DNA of 64,000 bases from Nitrosopumilus sp. (GTDB taxonomy: Archaea > Thermoproteota > Nitrososphaeria > Nitrososphaerales > Nitrosopumilaceae). Shown piece by piece: positions 10,104 to 20,100 of the stretch; position 1 is the first letter of the stretch, and each line of letters begins with the position of its first letter. The translations under genes and the position numbers were made by a program. The DNA lies in the NCBI GenBank assembly GCA_965224195.1, contig OZ245040.1, positions 1,440,001 to 1,504,000 of the forward strand. The letters run 5' to 3'. The notes under the pieces were generated by a model. That model made no database searches. It saw only the letters and a list, made by a program, of their open reading frames with translations, and was not told the DNA's origin.

Positions 10104-10327
10104 ACTAGAAAAAGCAAGATATCAAACTTCACAAATTTATCCAAAACTTTTACAACTACATGATATTTTAGAAAAAATTAAATGTTATAGTAAGCGATAT
10201 AGTTTTGGTCTCAACAGAATATTTTGTCGTTAGAAAATATGTTAAAAAAATGTTCAAGTCTCAAAGATCACACATAACCCATGATAACAACCTTTATTTC
10301 TAATGGGAGAACGTAGTAATTATTAAT

Positions 10328-10663
10328 TTGCTAATAATAAATCAAAATGAGGAATTTGCAGAAAAAATTGGCCAGATTGCTAGAATTTACATAGAATTTA
10401 AACAGGATCATGACGAAAATGATAATTCTTTATCTGATATTTTGACTTACTCAAAATACGATCGGGAAAAACTACGTTTTGTCGTAAAACGTGTAGGACT
10501 GGGTGTGCAATTATCTAAAATCATAGATGCATCTAAAAAAGATGTGACAAAAAATATCAGCCGTTTACAACCTAAAGAAGAAATTGAAGATGATGTGGCA
10601 TCAAAGGATTATTCATATTTCTTTTTTAAGGGATATTATACTAACATGGAGAAAGTAGCATGA
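10328..10663 (+). CDS. Cas8b C-terminal / Cas11-like small subunit
   Basis: Helical 111-aa ORF ending YFFFKGYY, overlapping the cas7 start (ATGA); start codon uncertain. Confidence 0.65.
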   Translation: MLIINQNEEFAEKIGQIARIYIEFKQDHDENDNSLSDILTYSKYDREKLRFVVKRVGLGVQLSKIIDASKKDVTKNISRLQPKEEIEDDVASKDYSYFFFKGYYTNMEKVA

Positions 10664-11589
10664 CTACTGAAATCTTGTTCTACTATGAATCAATGCAGAA
10701 TCCAAATGGCGATCCTGGATTTGAAAATCAACCGAGGTTGATGCCTGATGATACTATAATGGTAACTGATGTACGAATCAAGCGAACTATGCGAGATTAT
10801 GCAAGAGATGTAAAAGGCGAAACATTGTTTGTAGATTATGATAAAAATGGTAATGCAATCGCAGCAGACGGCAAAGCCGAAGAGATTACAGGTTCTCTTA
10901 GCGGAGATGTAATTGGAAAACTATTAGAAAAAACATTTGATGTACCTCTTTTTGGTGCACTTGTACCAATAAGGAAGAAAGGTTCTGACAATGAAGGCAG
11001 TTCAGAAAAATTGACAGGCCCATTACAATTTGGAATTTCTAGAAGTGTAAATAGAGTTCAGATAATTAATCCAACCATCGTTGGTAGATTTGTTGGCAAA
11101 GAAAAGACAAAAGGAAAACAATTTTCTACATTTGGAAAATTCTACTCTGTAGAGTATGCGCTAATTAAGGTGCAGGGAGCGATAAACCCTAGAAACTTGA
11201 CAAAATATGCAGACGATAAAACAATAATGAAGAAATTCACTGAAAAAGTATCTATGATTCATGACTGTTTGTGGAATGGCACAAATCAGTTAATCACAAG
11301 ATCAAAGTATCCACAACGAAGCATCCTCTATATTGATGTGGACTATAAAGACAGAATCTATAATGACTTGCCAAAGCTAGTTGATGAAAACCAATCTCTT
11401 AAAGAAATGGCAAAAAGTCTTGGTGATTCACCGTTTATTTTCTCAAATCTAATTGATATAATGTCAAAGAGAAAATCTGAAGTTAATATAATTAGAATTC
11501 GTGGTGCTGAAGATATTTCAGATGATGTACAGAATTTGGCATCAGACTTAGAAAAGAAAGGGCTCAAAGTAGAAATTCTTTCGGATTGA
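10660..11589 (+). CDS. cas7: Type I-B Cas7 (Csh2)
   Basis: NPNGDP...NQPR, VTDVRIKRTMRDY, DVPLFGA, TGPLQF. Confidence 0.95.
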   Translation: MTTEILFYYESMQNPNGDPGFENQPRLMPDDTIMVTDVRIKRTMRDYARDVKGETLFVDYDKNGNAIAADGKAEEITGSLSGDVIGKLLEKTFDVPLFGALVPIRKKGSDNEGSSEKLTGPLQFGISRSVNRVQIINPTIVGRFVGKEKTKGKQFSTFGKFYSVEYALIKVQGAINPRNLTKYADDKTIMKKFTEKVSMIHDCLWNGTNQLITRSKYPQRSILYIDVDYKDRIYNDLPKLVDENQSLKEMAKSLGDSPFIFSNLIDIMSKRKSEVNIIRIRGAEDISDDVQNLASDLEKKGLKVEILSD

Positions 11590-12323
11590 AACTAATTTCA
11601 TTTAGGATTTCAGGCGCGTTTGCAGCATTTAGAGATCCATCTGTTACATCAAACCAAACCGTATACTACATCCCATCAAAAAGTGCAATTGTTGGAATGT
11701 TGGGTGCAATGATTGGAATCAGACGATCAGATAATCTAGGTGAAATATACAGTGAAGAATTTAGGGAGTTTTTTAGAAATACCAAAATCGGCATACAGTT
11801 TGAATCTGACCCTAGAAAAGTAGTGTTCTTCACAAACCATCGCTCACTAAAGGAACCAAAGACAAAACCATTCAAAACTGAACTGGTCGAAAAACCACAA
11901 TATACTATCTATGTAATTACTGATGACGAGAGCTCTGAAAAACTTTCAAATGCAATAAAGAAAAATGGGTTTGTATTTTCTCCCTATCTTGGACATGCAT
12001 ATTGCCAAGCTACCGTTTCTGATTTTAAAGAAACTGATGTTCAAGAAGTTAATTCAGAAGGTGAGAAAACACAATGTGTGGTATTAGATGAATCAGAAAC
12101 ATACAATCCTGATTTTAAATTAATATTGATACAATCTTCTCAAAATGGATCTGTCATAATTGAAAGACATACTCATCATTTTTTCATTGATGAAAAATTT
12201 GATGGTCGCGTGTTGAAACACTGGATTCCTGTAAATAATTCAGAGTTTAAAATTAAAACAGATCAAGCAAGGAGCTTATCTAAGTTTTATAAGGTTGGAG
12301 GCCATGTTGTCTGCATGTACTAG
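11586..12323 (+). CDS. cas5: Cas5 (type I-B)
   Basis: F-x-ISGAFAAFRDP...YYIPSKSAIVGMLGAMIG and PYLG motifs. Confidence 0.95.
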   Translation: MKLISFRISGAFAAFRDPSVTSNQTVYYIPSKSAIVGMLGAMIGIRRSDNLGEIYSEEFREFFRNTKIGIQFESDPRKVVFFTNHRSLKEPKTKPFKTELVEKPQYTIYVITDDESSEKLSNAIKKNGFVFSPYLGHAYCQATVSDFKETDVQEVNSEGEKTQCVVLDESETYNPDFKLILIQSSQNGSVIIERHTHHFFIDEKFDGRVLKHWIPVNNSEFKIKTDQARSLSKFYKVGGHVVCMY

Positions 12324-14622
12324 AAAATTTCTTTCACATCCAATAGAAGATGAAAAAAATTCTCTAATTAAACATCTTTTAGAAATTGGAAAAACAGCTG
12401 ACAAAATTTTTACTCAGACAACTTTTACCAATACATCTTTGGCATTTTATTCTGGGTTATTACATGATATTGGAAAGATAAATCCATATTATCAGGAAAT
12501 GTTTCATACAACAAAAAATAATAGAGAACAGGTAAAAGAAAAAGCATTAGAAAAATATGTTGGAGAACATGCAAGATTTTCTGCTTGGACAGTAGACAAA
12601 TTATTAGAGAAAAGTGATCTTGATTATTCCACAATTCAAAAAATTACAGTATTAGTATATGGACATCACTCCACAATTAGACGAAATCTTGGAATTGTAG
12701 AAGGTGATAAATTTACTGCAACTAAAGATGCAATTTCTAAGGTATTGCCTGAATTTGCCTTACAGGTATCCGATATTCCTGAACTCTCAAAACTTAATTG
12801 GGATTCATGTTATGAAGAATTTCAATATCCTGCAATTTTTAATGTAGAATTAGAATCAAAGAATTCCCCTTATGATTATTTGGAGATGTCTTATGCATTT
12901 TCATGCCTACTTCAGGCAGACAGGGGAAGTTTTCATGAGTGGTTAGTACCAAATTTTGATCTGCACATAGACACTGAACCATTGGTCAAAAAATCTCAAG
13001 AAACAAAAACTCAACTTGGACAAATCAGGTCAGATTTTCAATCACAAGTAATGAAAAACTTTGATGACGATGAACCGATCTCTGTGATTAATGCACCTAC
13101 AGGAATCGGTAAAACCAAAGTTTTTTTAGATATTATTAGTAAATATTCAACTGATAAAGAAAAGATTCATAGTATTTTTTATTTTTCTCCATTACTTGCA
13201 TTAACAGAAGATTTTGAAAATAAAATAGCAAAAGTAATTTCAGATGAAAATGCACAAGAAGATATTTTAATTTACAACCATATGTTTTCAGATTCGCTAA
13301 AAAAAAGACAAGAAAATAATATTGAGTATTCTAACTCATGGGTATTTGAGAATGAATCCTTTAACAAGAAATTTGTCATCACCACTACCCAGAGACTTTT
13401 GATGACAATCTATTCTAACAAAACACAAGACAAAATGAAACTGGCATCATTTAGAAATTCTGTATTAATAATTGATGAAGTCCAAACCATTCCAAAACCA
13501 ATCCTGTCAAACTTAAAAGAGATATTCAAAAAGATGAACCAATACATGAGAACCAAATTCATTCTAGTTAGTGCAACAATCCCACATGAGCTTAATGATA
13601 TCAAAAAAGTCAAATTATCAAAAGATATTCTAGATGATTATCTTAAAAAAATAGAAAAACAAATCTCTTTTGCACCGCTTGATGTTACAAAAATTCCAAT
13701 TGAAAGGACATTGGTTATGGCAAACACAAGAAAAAAAGCAGTAACTCGTTACTCAGAAATTATTAAAGTCCATCCTGATAAAGACCCTAATTCAGCACCA
13801 GGTGATGCTAAATTATTTGATTCAGAAATCAAACAAACATATTCTGATAAAGACATTATCTACATTTCAACTGGTATCAAAAAACAAGATAGAAAAAAGA
13901 TCCTAAAAGATCTACAAGATCGATTCAGCAAAGAAAAAGAAAAATCAAAACCCTATGTCCTTGTGTCTACTCAAGTAGTTGAGGCAGGAGTAGACATTAG
14001 CTTCTCACATGTATTTAGAGAAGAAGCTCCACTTGATAATATCATTCAAGTCATGGGCAGACTAAATAGAGAAGGGGAAAACTCTGATGCAGAATTAGTC
14101 ATATATCCAACAACAGATGGTAAATCCACTCCGTATAGTACGTTGGAGTTTCAAGTGTCTCAAGAAAAAATTAAAAAAATAATTCAGGAAAAAACAAACT
14201 CTGTAGGACTTTATGATGTCATGGAAGAATACTATTCTGAGATTTATGAAAAAAATCTGAGCAACCAGAACGGTACACAAGAACTAGAACGATGTATAAA
14301 ACGAATGGATTTTGATGGGGTATGGGAATTTGTTAAAGAACTAGCCATTCCCAAGGATGATCGTGGTACTGTATTTATTCCAGAACCTGAAAAATGGGAA
14401 TCTGTTAGAAAAGGATTACTTGACGGTACAAAGAAAAACTTTAAAGAATTTGGAGAACTAACTGCTTCCCTTCCAATTTCAGTCTATAAACTGCAAAAAC
14501 TGAAGGGGAAAAATTACTTTGATGAAGAACTAATGGAGAAAAACATCCTGTTACCTCAAAAACAGTACTTGGAAGAAGTTTATGATAAAAATACGGGACT
14601 AGATAAATGGCTGATAGAATAA
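12295..14622 (+). CDS. cas3: Cas3 HD nuclease-helicase
   Basis: HL...LHDIGK HD domain, APTGIGKT, DEVQ, SAT, STQVVEAGVDI, QVMGRLNR. Confidence 0.95.
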   Translation: MEAMLSACTRKFLSHPIEDEKNSLIKHLLEIGKTADKIFTQTTFTNTSLAFYSGLLHDIGKINPYYQEMFHTTKNNREQVKEKALEKYVGEHARFSAWTVDKLLEKSDLDYSTIQKITVLVYGHHSTIRRNLGIVEGDKFTATKDAISKVLPEFALQVSDIPELSKLNWDSCYEEFQYPAIFNVELESKNSPYDYLEMSYAFSCLLQADRGSFHEWLVPNFDLHIDTEPLVKKSQETKTQLGQIRSDFQSQVMKNFDDDEPISVINAPTGIGKTKVFLDIISKYSTDKEKIHSIFYFSPLLALTEDFENKIAKVISDENAQEDILIYNHMFSDSLKKRQENNIEYSNSWVFENESFNKKFVITTTQRLLMTIYSNKTQDKMKLASFRNSVLIIDEVQTIPKPILSNLKEIFKKMNQYMRTKFILVSATIPHELNDIKKVKLSKDILDDYLKKIEKQISFAPLDVTKIPIERTLVMANTRKKAVTRYSEIIKVHPDKDPNSAPGDAKLFDSEIKQTYSDKDIIYISTGIKKQDRKKILKDLQDRFSKEKEKSKPYVLVSTQVVEAGVDISFSHVFREEAPLDNIIQVMGRLNREGENSDAELVIYPTTDGKSTPYSTLEFQVSQEKIKKIIQEKTNSVGLYDVMEEYYSEIYEKNLSNQNGTQELERCIKRMDFDGVWEFVKELAIPKDDRGTVFIPEPEKWESVRKGLLDGTKKNFKEFGELTASLPISVYKLQKLKGKNYFDEELMEKNILLPQKQYLEEVYDKNTGLDKWLIE

Positions 14623-15257
14623 AACTTTGTTATGTTACATTAGATTTTGATTCTAATTTTAAGGTAACACCTGTCAAACTACGAGGATTTTTAGCACATC
14701 TTTTTGTAAACATTTCAGAGTTTCATCACCACTCTGATCAATCATATCATTATCCTCTGATACAATACAAAAGAATTGATAAAAAATTGGCAATAGTTGG
14801 TATCAAAGAATTTGCAGAAATTATTTTTCAAAATATGTCAAAATTGGATCATATTGCTACTGAAACAGAAAAGATTCTACTAAACAATGTTGAGATTAAA
14901 AGTAATTCATACCAATTAGAACATATACCTACAACGTATAAATTCACATCTCCTTGGCTTGCACTAAATGAAAAAAACTATACAAAGTTTAAGGAATTAA
15001 AAAATAATGAAAAGAAATTATTTCTTGAAAAAATATTGATTGGGAATATCTTATCAATGCTGAAAGGTTTTGGAATTTTTATAGATTATAAAATCACCGT
15101 ATCTATAATAAAATTTAAAAGTATTCCAGTAACTGCACACAAAAATAAGTTTACAGGAATGTATGCAGAATTTGAAACTAACATATTGTTACCGAACTAT
15201 CTAGGTCTTGGTAAAAGTGTAACAAAGGGGTTTGGCGTAATAAGGATAATTTCATGA
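14607..15257 (+). CDS. cas6: Cas6 crRNA endoribonuclease
   Basis: LRGF, YHYPLIQYK, SPWLALN and the C-terminal GLGKSVTKGFG glycine loop. Confidence 0.93.
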   Translation: MADRIKLCYVTLDFDSNFKVTPVKLRGFLAHLFVNISEFHHHSDQSYHYPLIQYKRIDKKLAIVGIKEFAEIIFQNMSKLDHIATETEKILLNNVEIKSNSYQLEHIPTTYKFTSPWLALNEKNYTKFKELKNNEKKLFLEKILIGNILSMLKGFGIFIDYKITVSIIKFKSIPVTAHKNKFTGMYAEFETNILLPNYLGLGKSVTKGFGVIRIIS

Positions 15258-16216
15258 TTGTAGAGGTAAGCACTCATGGTAGCACCATAAAAAGAGATCA
15301 TGATTCTTTTGTGATTCAAGCAAAGGATGAAAAAACGGAAATACCTGCAGAAAAAGTTGATGCGGTAATAGTTTCTGCAAATGCCTTGATCAGTACATCA
15401 GCAGTGCGTCTATGCATTGAAAAACAGATACAGATGGTAATTTCCACATGGTCTGGAAAACCAGTTGCCAGATTGTGGTCAAGTACGCAGGGAAAATCTA
15501 CACAGCTAAGGCGTAATCAATATTTGAATCAAGATACGGTAATGGGATTTGACATTTCAGTTATGATTTTGGAGAAAAAGCTAAGAGCACAAAAAACATT
15601 TCTGACTGATTTGAAAAACAACCGAAAATCCCCACCTGTAAAGTTGGAACGCGCATCTTTTACCATAAGTAATGCGATAAAAAAAGTCAAGAACATCAAA
15701 CATTCAAAGAATTACAAGGCAACTTTGTTGGGATTGGAAGGGGCTGCTGCTGCAAATTATTTTCAGGCAATCTCTTCAATTCTGCCAAAAAAATGGTTTA
15801 CTGAAAAACGTAGTCAGCATCCAGCACATGATCCATTCAATGCAGTTTTGAATTATCTTTATGGAATGGCATATGCTGATGTTGAAAAGATTGTAATACT
15901 TTCAGGCCTTGATCCAAACGCAGGGTTTTTTCATTCTGATTCTTATGGAAAACCTACTTTATCATATGATATCATAGAGATAGTAAGGCCAATTGTAGAT
16001 AGATTGGTAGTTACATCATTTACCAAAAAGATAGTTCGTGATGATTGGTTTGAAATACAAGACGATATCACAAATGGTATATTTCTTTCAAAAAAAGCAA
16101 GACAATTTTTTATCTCAATATACGTTGAAGATGGACGAAAAACTATTGAATCCAAATCTTGGGATTTTTGTAAAATCATTATAAAACAACTACAACAAGG
16201 TAGTAATGTAACATGA
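15254..16216 (+). CDS. cas1: Cas1 integrase
   Basis: GLEGAAAANYF, DPFNAVLNYLYG, GLDPNAGFFH, LSYDIIEIVRP. Confidence 0.97.
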   Translation: MIVEVSTHGSTIKRDHDSFVIQAKDEKTEIPAEKVDAVIVSANALISTSAVRLCIEKQIQMVISTWSGKPVARLWSSTQGKSTQLRRNQYLNQDTVMGFDISVMILEKKLRAQKTFLTDLKNNRKSPPVKLERASFTISNAIKKVKNIKHSKNYKATLLGLEGAAAANYFQAISSILPKKWFTEKRSQHPAHDPFNAVLNYLYGMAYADVEKIVILSGLDPNAGFFHSDSYGKPTLSYDIIEIVRPIVDRLVVTSFTKKIVRDDWFEIQDDITNGIFLSKKARQFFISIYVEDGRKTIESKSWDFCKIIIKQLQQGSNVT

Positions 16217-16509
16217 AAAAGAATATGTATTATGCAATTTATGATATCACTGATAATTCTACACGAAGCTCAGTTATTCATATACTAAAAAATCAGGGAT
16301 TTATCAGGATTCAAAAAAGTGTTTTTTGTGGAAGTCTGTCTGGACAAAATAAAAAAGATTTGATTGAATCTATAAAAATAATTGTAAATGAAAATGATTC
16401 TTTTTATTTAATTCTTGCATGCAACCAGTGTTTTGGCAAGATCAAAATAATTGGCAAGGGATTTGACAAGGAATATGTTTCAGATAAAAAGCCTGCTGTT
16501 GTACTATGA
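16213..16509 (+). CDS. cas2: Cas2
   Basis: YDITDN...RIQKSVF. Confidence 0.95.
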   Translation: MKKNMYYAIYDITDNSTRSSVIHILKNQGFIRIQKSVFCGSLSGQNKKDLIESIKIIVNENDSFYLILACNQCFGKIKIIGKGFDKEYVSDKKPAVVL

Positions 16510-17099
16510 TTTCACCGCTAACTGTTACTGATGTCGTGGAATATGCTTTTTGTCCAAAATTTACATATTTTATTAATGTTTTGGGTTTGGAACAGTTTGA
16601 ACAAAAGAGGGGAACTGTAACTGCAGGACGTAAATTACACAACAAACATGAAAAAGACAATCTAAGATATGTTCCACAAGAATTTTCTGGAAAGAAAATT
16701 GTTGCACGAAAATTCTTTTCAGCAAAATATGGATTGTTAGGTAAGATAGACGAGGCAATTGAAATGGACAATGAGATAGTGCTAATTGAGCGAAAATACA
16801 GTGACAATCATAAAATATATCCTGCACTAAAAGTTCAGTTGGGATTGCTCTCTGTGTTGATTGAAGAGAATTTGCACAAACCTGTACAAAAGGCAATTGT
16901 AGTTTTTAGCAAAACCGAGAGAAAGGAGATTCATTTTAAAATTGATGATTTGATAAAAAAAGATTCATTAGCAATGCTTGAGAATGTAAAAAAAGTAATC
17001 AAAAATGAAATAATGCCAGAGTCTAACTTTGATAACCGCTGTCTGAATTGTTGTTTTAGAAGAGTTTGCCCTACCAGCTCTTTAAATACAATGGAATAA
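16506..17099 (+). CDS. cas4: Cas4
   Basis: FCPK, GKID, ERK, QLG and C-terminal C-x2-C-x5-C Fe-S cysteines. Confidence 0.95.
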   Translation: MISPLTVTDVVEYAFCPKFTYFINVLGLEQFEQKRGTVTAGRKLHNKHEKDNLRYVPQEFSGKKIVARKFFSAKYGLLGKIDEAIEMDNEIVLIERKYSDNHKIYPALKVQLGLLSVLIEENLHKPVQKAIVVFSKTERKEIHFKIDDLIKKDSLAMLENVKKVIKNEIMPESNFDNRCLNCCFRRVCPTSSLNTME

Positions 17100-17180
17100 T
17101 ATGTCAAGACCATGAAATTGTGAATGAAAATACAATAAAAATGAATAAAAACATGTGTAAATCATGACGTAACAGTTACA
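17100..17180 (+). promoter_or_regulatory. CRISPR leader
   Basis: 81-bp AT-rich stretch between cas4 and the first repeat. The repeat's 3' ATTGAAAC implies + strand transcription. Confidence 0.65.
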
Positions 17181-20100
17181 GTCAAAATGACAAATCCATC
17201 ATAACAAGGATTGAAACTTGCAGATTTGGGCGGATGGACTACATCTACAGAAGTCAAAATGACAAATCCATCATAACAAGGATTGAAACTACTATATTCC
17301 TTCTAGTGCAGAGTATGAAGATTTGTGTCAAAATGACAAATCCATCATAACAAGGATTGAAACATTTAGTTTACGCTAACTATGAATACAATGAAAGGTC
17401 AAAATGACAAATCCATCATAACAAGGATTGAAACGTGTAATCGATTTGCACACCGGCGCAGAAATTGCCAGTCAAAATGACAAATCCATCATAACAAGGA
17501 TTGAAACTTCCGATAATGTCATCTTTTCGCGTTTGGAAATTGTCAAAATGACAAATCCATCATAACAAGGATTGAAACAAAATATCATGACGGATATTGT
17601 AACTCTCATATGCGGTCAAAATGACAAATCCATCATAACAAGGATTGAAACGTCAGGTACGGAATGTTAACATATGAATATACTAAGTCAAAATGACAAA
17701 TCCATCATAACAAGGATTGAAACATTGGTAGGGGCTTGTCATCAGTTATGCCAAGATGTCAAAATGACAAATCCATCATAACAAGGATTGAAACTTTACT
17801 GCTGTTAAATAAATTGATGGTTGCCTAGCAGTCAAAATGACAAATCCATCATAACAAGGATTGAAACTTGTTAGTGTGGCAAAATACAAACGTGGACTAA
17901 AAAGTCAAAATGACAAATCCATCATAACAAGGATTGAAACCGCGTTATTTTCCGGCGGCAAGGATTCCATGACAACGGGTCAAAATGACAAATCCATCAT
18001 AACAAGGATTGAAACGACATTATTGCCCACACCTATAATCAAACCTCCTAGTCAAAATGACAAATCCATCATAACAAGGATTGAAACCTAAGAGAATAGA
18101 GCGTGTTGGTACCGTCAATTAGGTCAAAATGACAAATCCATCATAACAAGGATTGAAACCACACTGGCGCAACGATTGCATCTGATATACTCGTGTCAAA
18201 ATGACAAATCCATCATAACAAGGATTGAAACATTCAGGATGTGATGGGCAAGACAAAGGATACAGAGTCAAAATGACAAATCCATCATAACAAGGATTGA
18301 AACGATATATTTCTGTGGGTTTTGCTTGTGAGAATTGAGTCAAAATGACAAATCCATCATAACAAGGATTGAAACTGACTTTACTGTACATCATAATTTC
18401 TCTCCCGCATTGTCAAAATGACAAATCCATCATAACAAGGATTGAAACTCTACGACGTCTTGCTCGAAAGCATCTCTCACTGCAGTCAAAATGACAAATC
18501 CATCATAACAAGGATTGAAACTAAATTCCATGCAAAATATCCAGATGCTGGTACCAGGTCAAAATGACAAATCCATCATAACAAGGATTGAAACTTTCCC
18601 ATTGCAATGTATCCTTTTGCTGACGTCGGGTCAAAATGACAAATCCATCATAACAAGGATTGAAACTTGAATATCTTGGATGGCCTCTTGGGTCTTCAAG
18701 TAAGTCAAAATGACAAATCCATCATAACAAGGATTGAAACCTCTGCAGCCATCAGTAGTCACCGTCTCCGCTAGAGTCAAAATGACAAATCCATCATAAC
18801 AAGGATTGAAACTTATGGATGATTTCGATAACAAAGTCTACGTCTACAGTCAAAATGACAAATCCATCATAACAAGGATTGAAACCAATCTGTAGGGTCC
18901 ACAGTAGAAGTGAACCAGTATGTCAAAATGACAAATCCATCATAACAAGGATTGAAACTTGTAGTGTAGAGTGCTGTTTTTTGCATCGTGTCAAGTCAAA
19001 ATGACAAATCCATCATAACAAGGATTGAAACTTCCAGGTACCATATGTCCTTTCGAGAATACTCGTTTTCCGTTTAAAAGTCAAAATGACAAATCCATCA
19101 TAACAAGGATTGAAACTTGCCTGGCTCCAGGTATTTCGGTCTGCTATGAATTGCATTGATCGAGTCAAAATGACAAATCCATCATAACAAGGATTGAAAC
19201 AAGGTGTAATATCGCAAGATGATATTATAGCTGGAATAGGTCAAAATGACAAATCCATCATAACAAGGATTGAAACTTTGACTTGCTACCAAAACAGTAG
19301 CATGGACATACTAGGTCAAAATGACAAATCCATCATAACAAGGATTGAAACTCTCAAACTGAGTATCCCCATTTGCCTGAAAGAGGAAGTCAAAATGACA
19401 AATCCATCATAACAAGGATTGAAACTTTGCTTGATTTTGTGGGCAGAAACTGTGGCAGCCAAAGTCAAAATGACAAATCCATCATAACAAGGATTGAAAC
19501 CAAAGTCTACACGACATCAGCCACAGTAGGTAAATGTCAAAATGACAAATCCATCATAACAAGGATTGAAACTGAAATTGAAATTCCTATCGACTTTGCA
19601 TTAATCCGAGTCAAAATGACAAATCCATCATAACAAGGATTGAAACTGTTACGGATGATGCCAAAGACAAAATCTACGTCTGTCAAAATGACAAATCCAT
19701 CATAACAAGGATTGAAACAACAGTCCTTGTCTGCCTTTAAAGGAATACCTTATGTCAAAATGACAAATCCATCATAACAAGGATTGAAACGTAATAATGT
19801 GCAAGGCATGCATGACATAACAAACGTCAAAATGACAAATCCATCATAACAAGGATTGAAACTCCCGATGCCAATCTGTTGCAGCATGTTCTCTCAGGTC
19901 AAAATGACAAATCCATCATAACAAGGATTGAAACAGGCAGACGTCTTTGATTTGACAGGTTTCTTATTTTGTCAAAATGACAAATCCATCATAACAAGGA
20001 TTGAAACTGAGAAGTCATGGATTATCAACTGACACTGTTACAGTCAAAATGACAAATCCATCATAACAAGGATTGAAACTCTAAGATGATATCTGGCAGT

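Larger units (their letters stand above)
7920..10279 (-). mobile_element. IS6-family element with cargo (transposase, small ORF, C/D sRNA, TA cassette)
   Basis: Left TIR GGTTCTGTGTAATC (7920) matches GGTTATGTGTGATC (reverse complement of ends at 9576 and 10279) at 12/14. 8-bp TSD CATGATAA at 7912-7919 and 10280-10287. Confidence 0.85.
9540..10280 (+). repeat. 38-bp exact direct repeat (duplicated IS end) flanking a ~0.7 kb cassette
   Basis: TAAAAAAATGTTCAAGTCTCAAAGATCACACATAACCC at 9540-9577 and 10243-10280. Confidence 0.9.
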
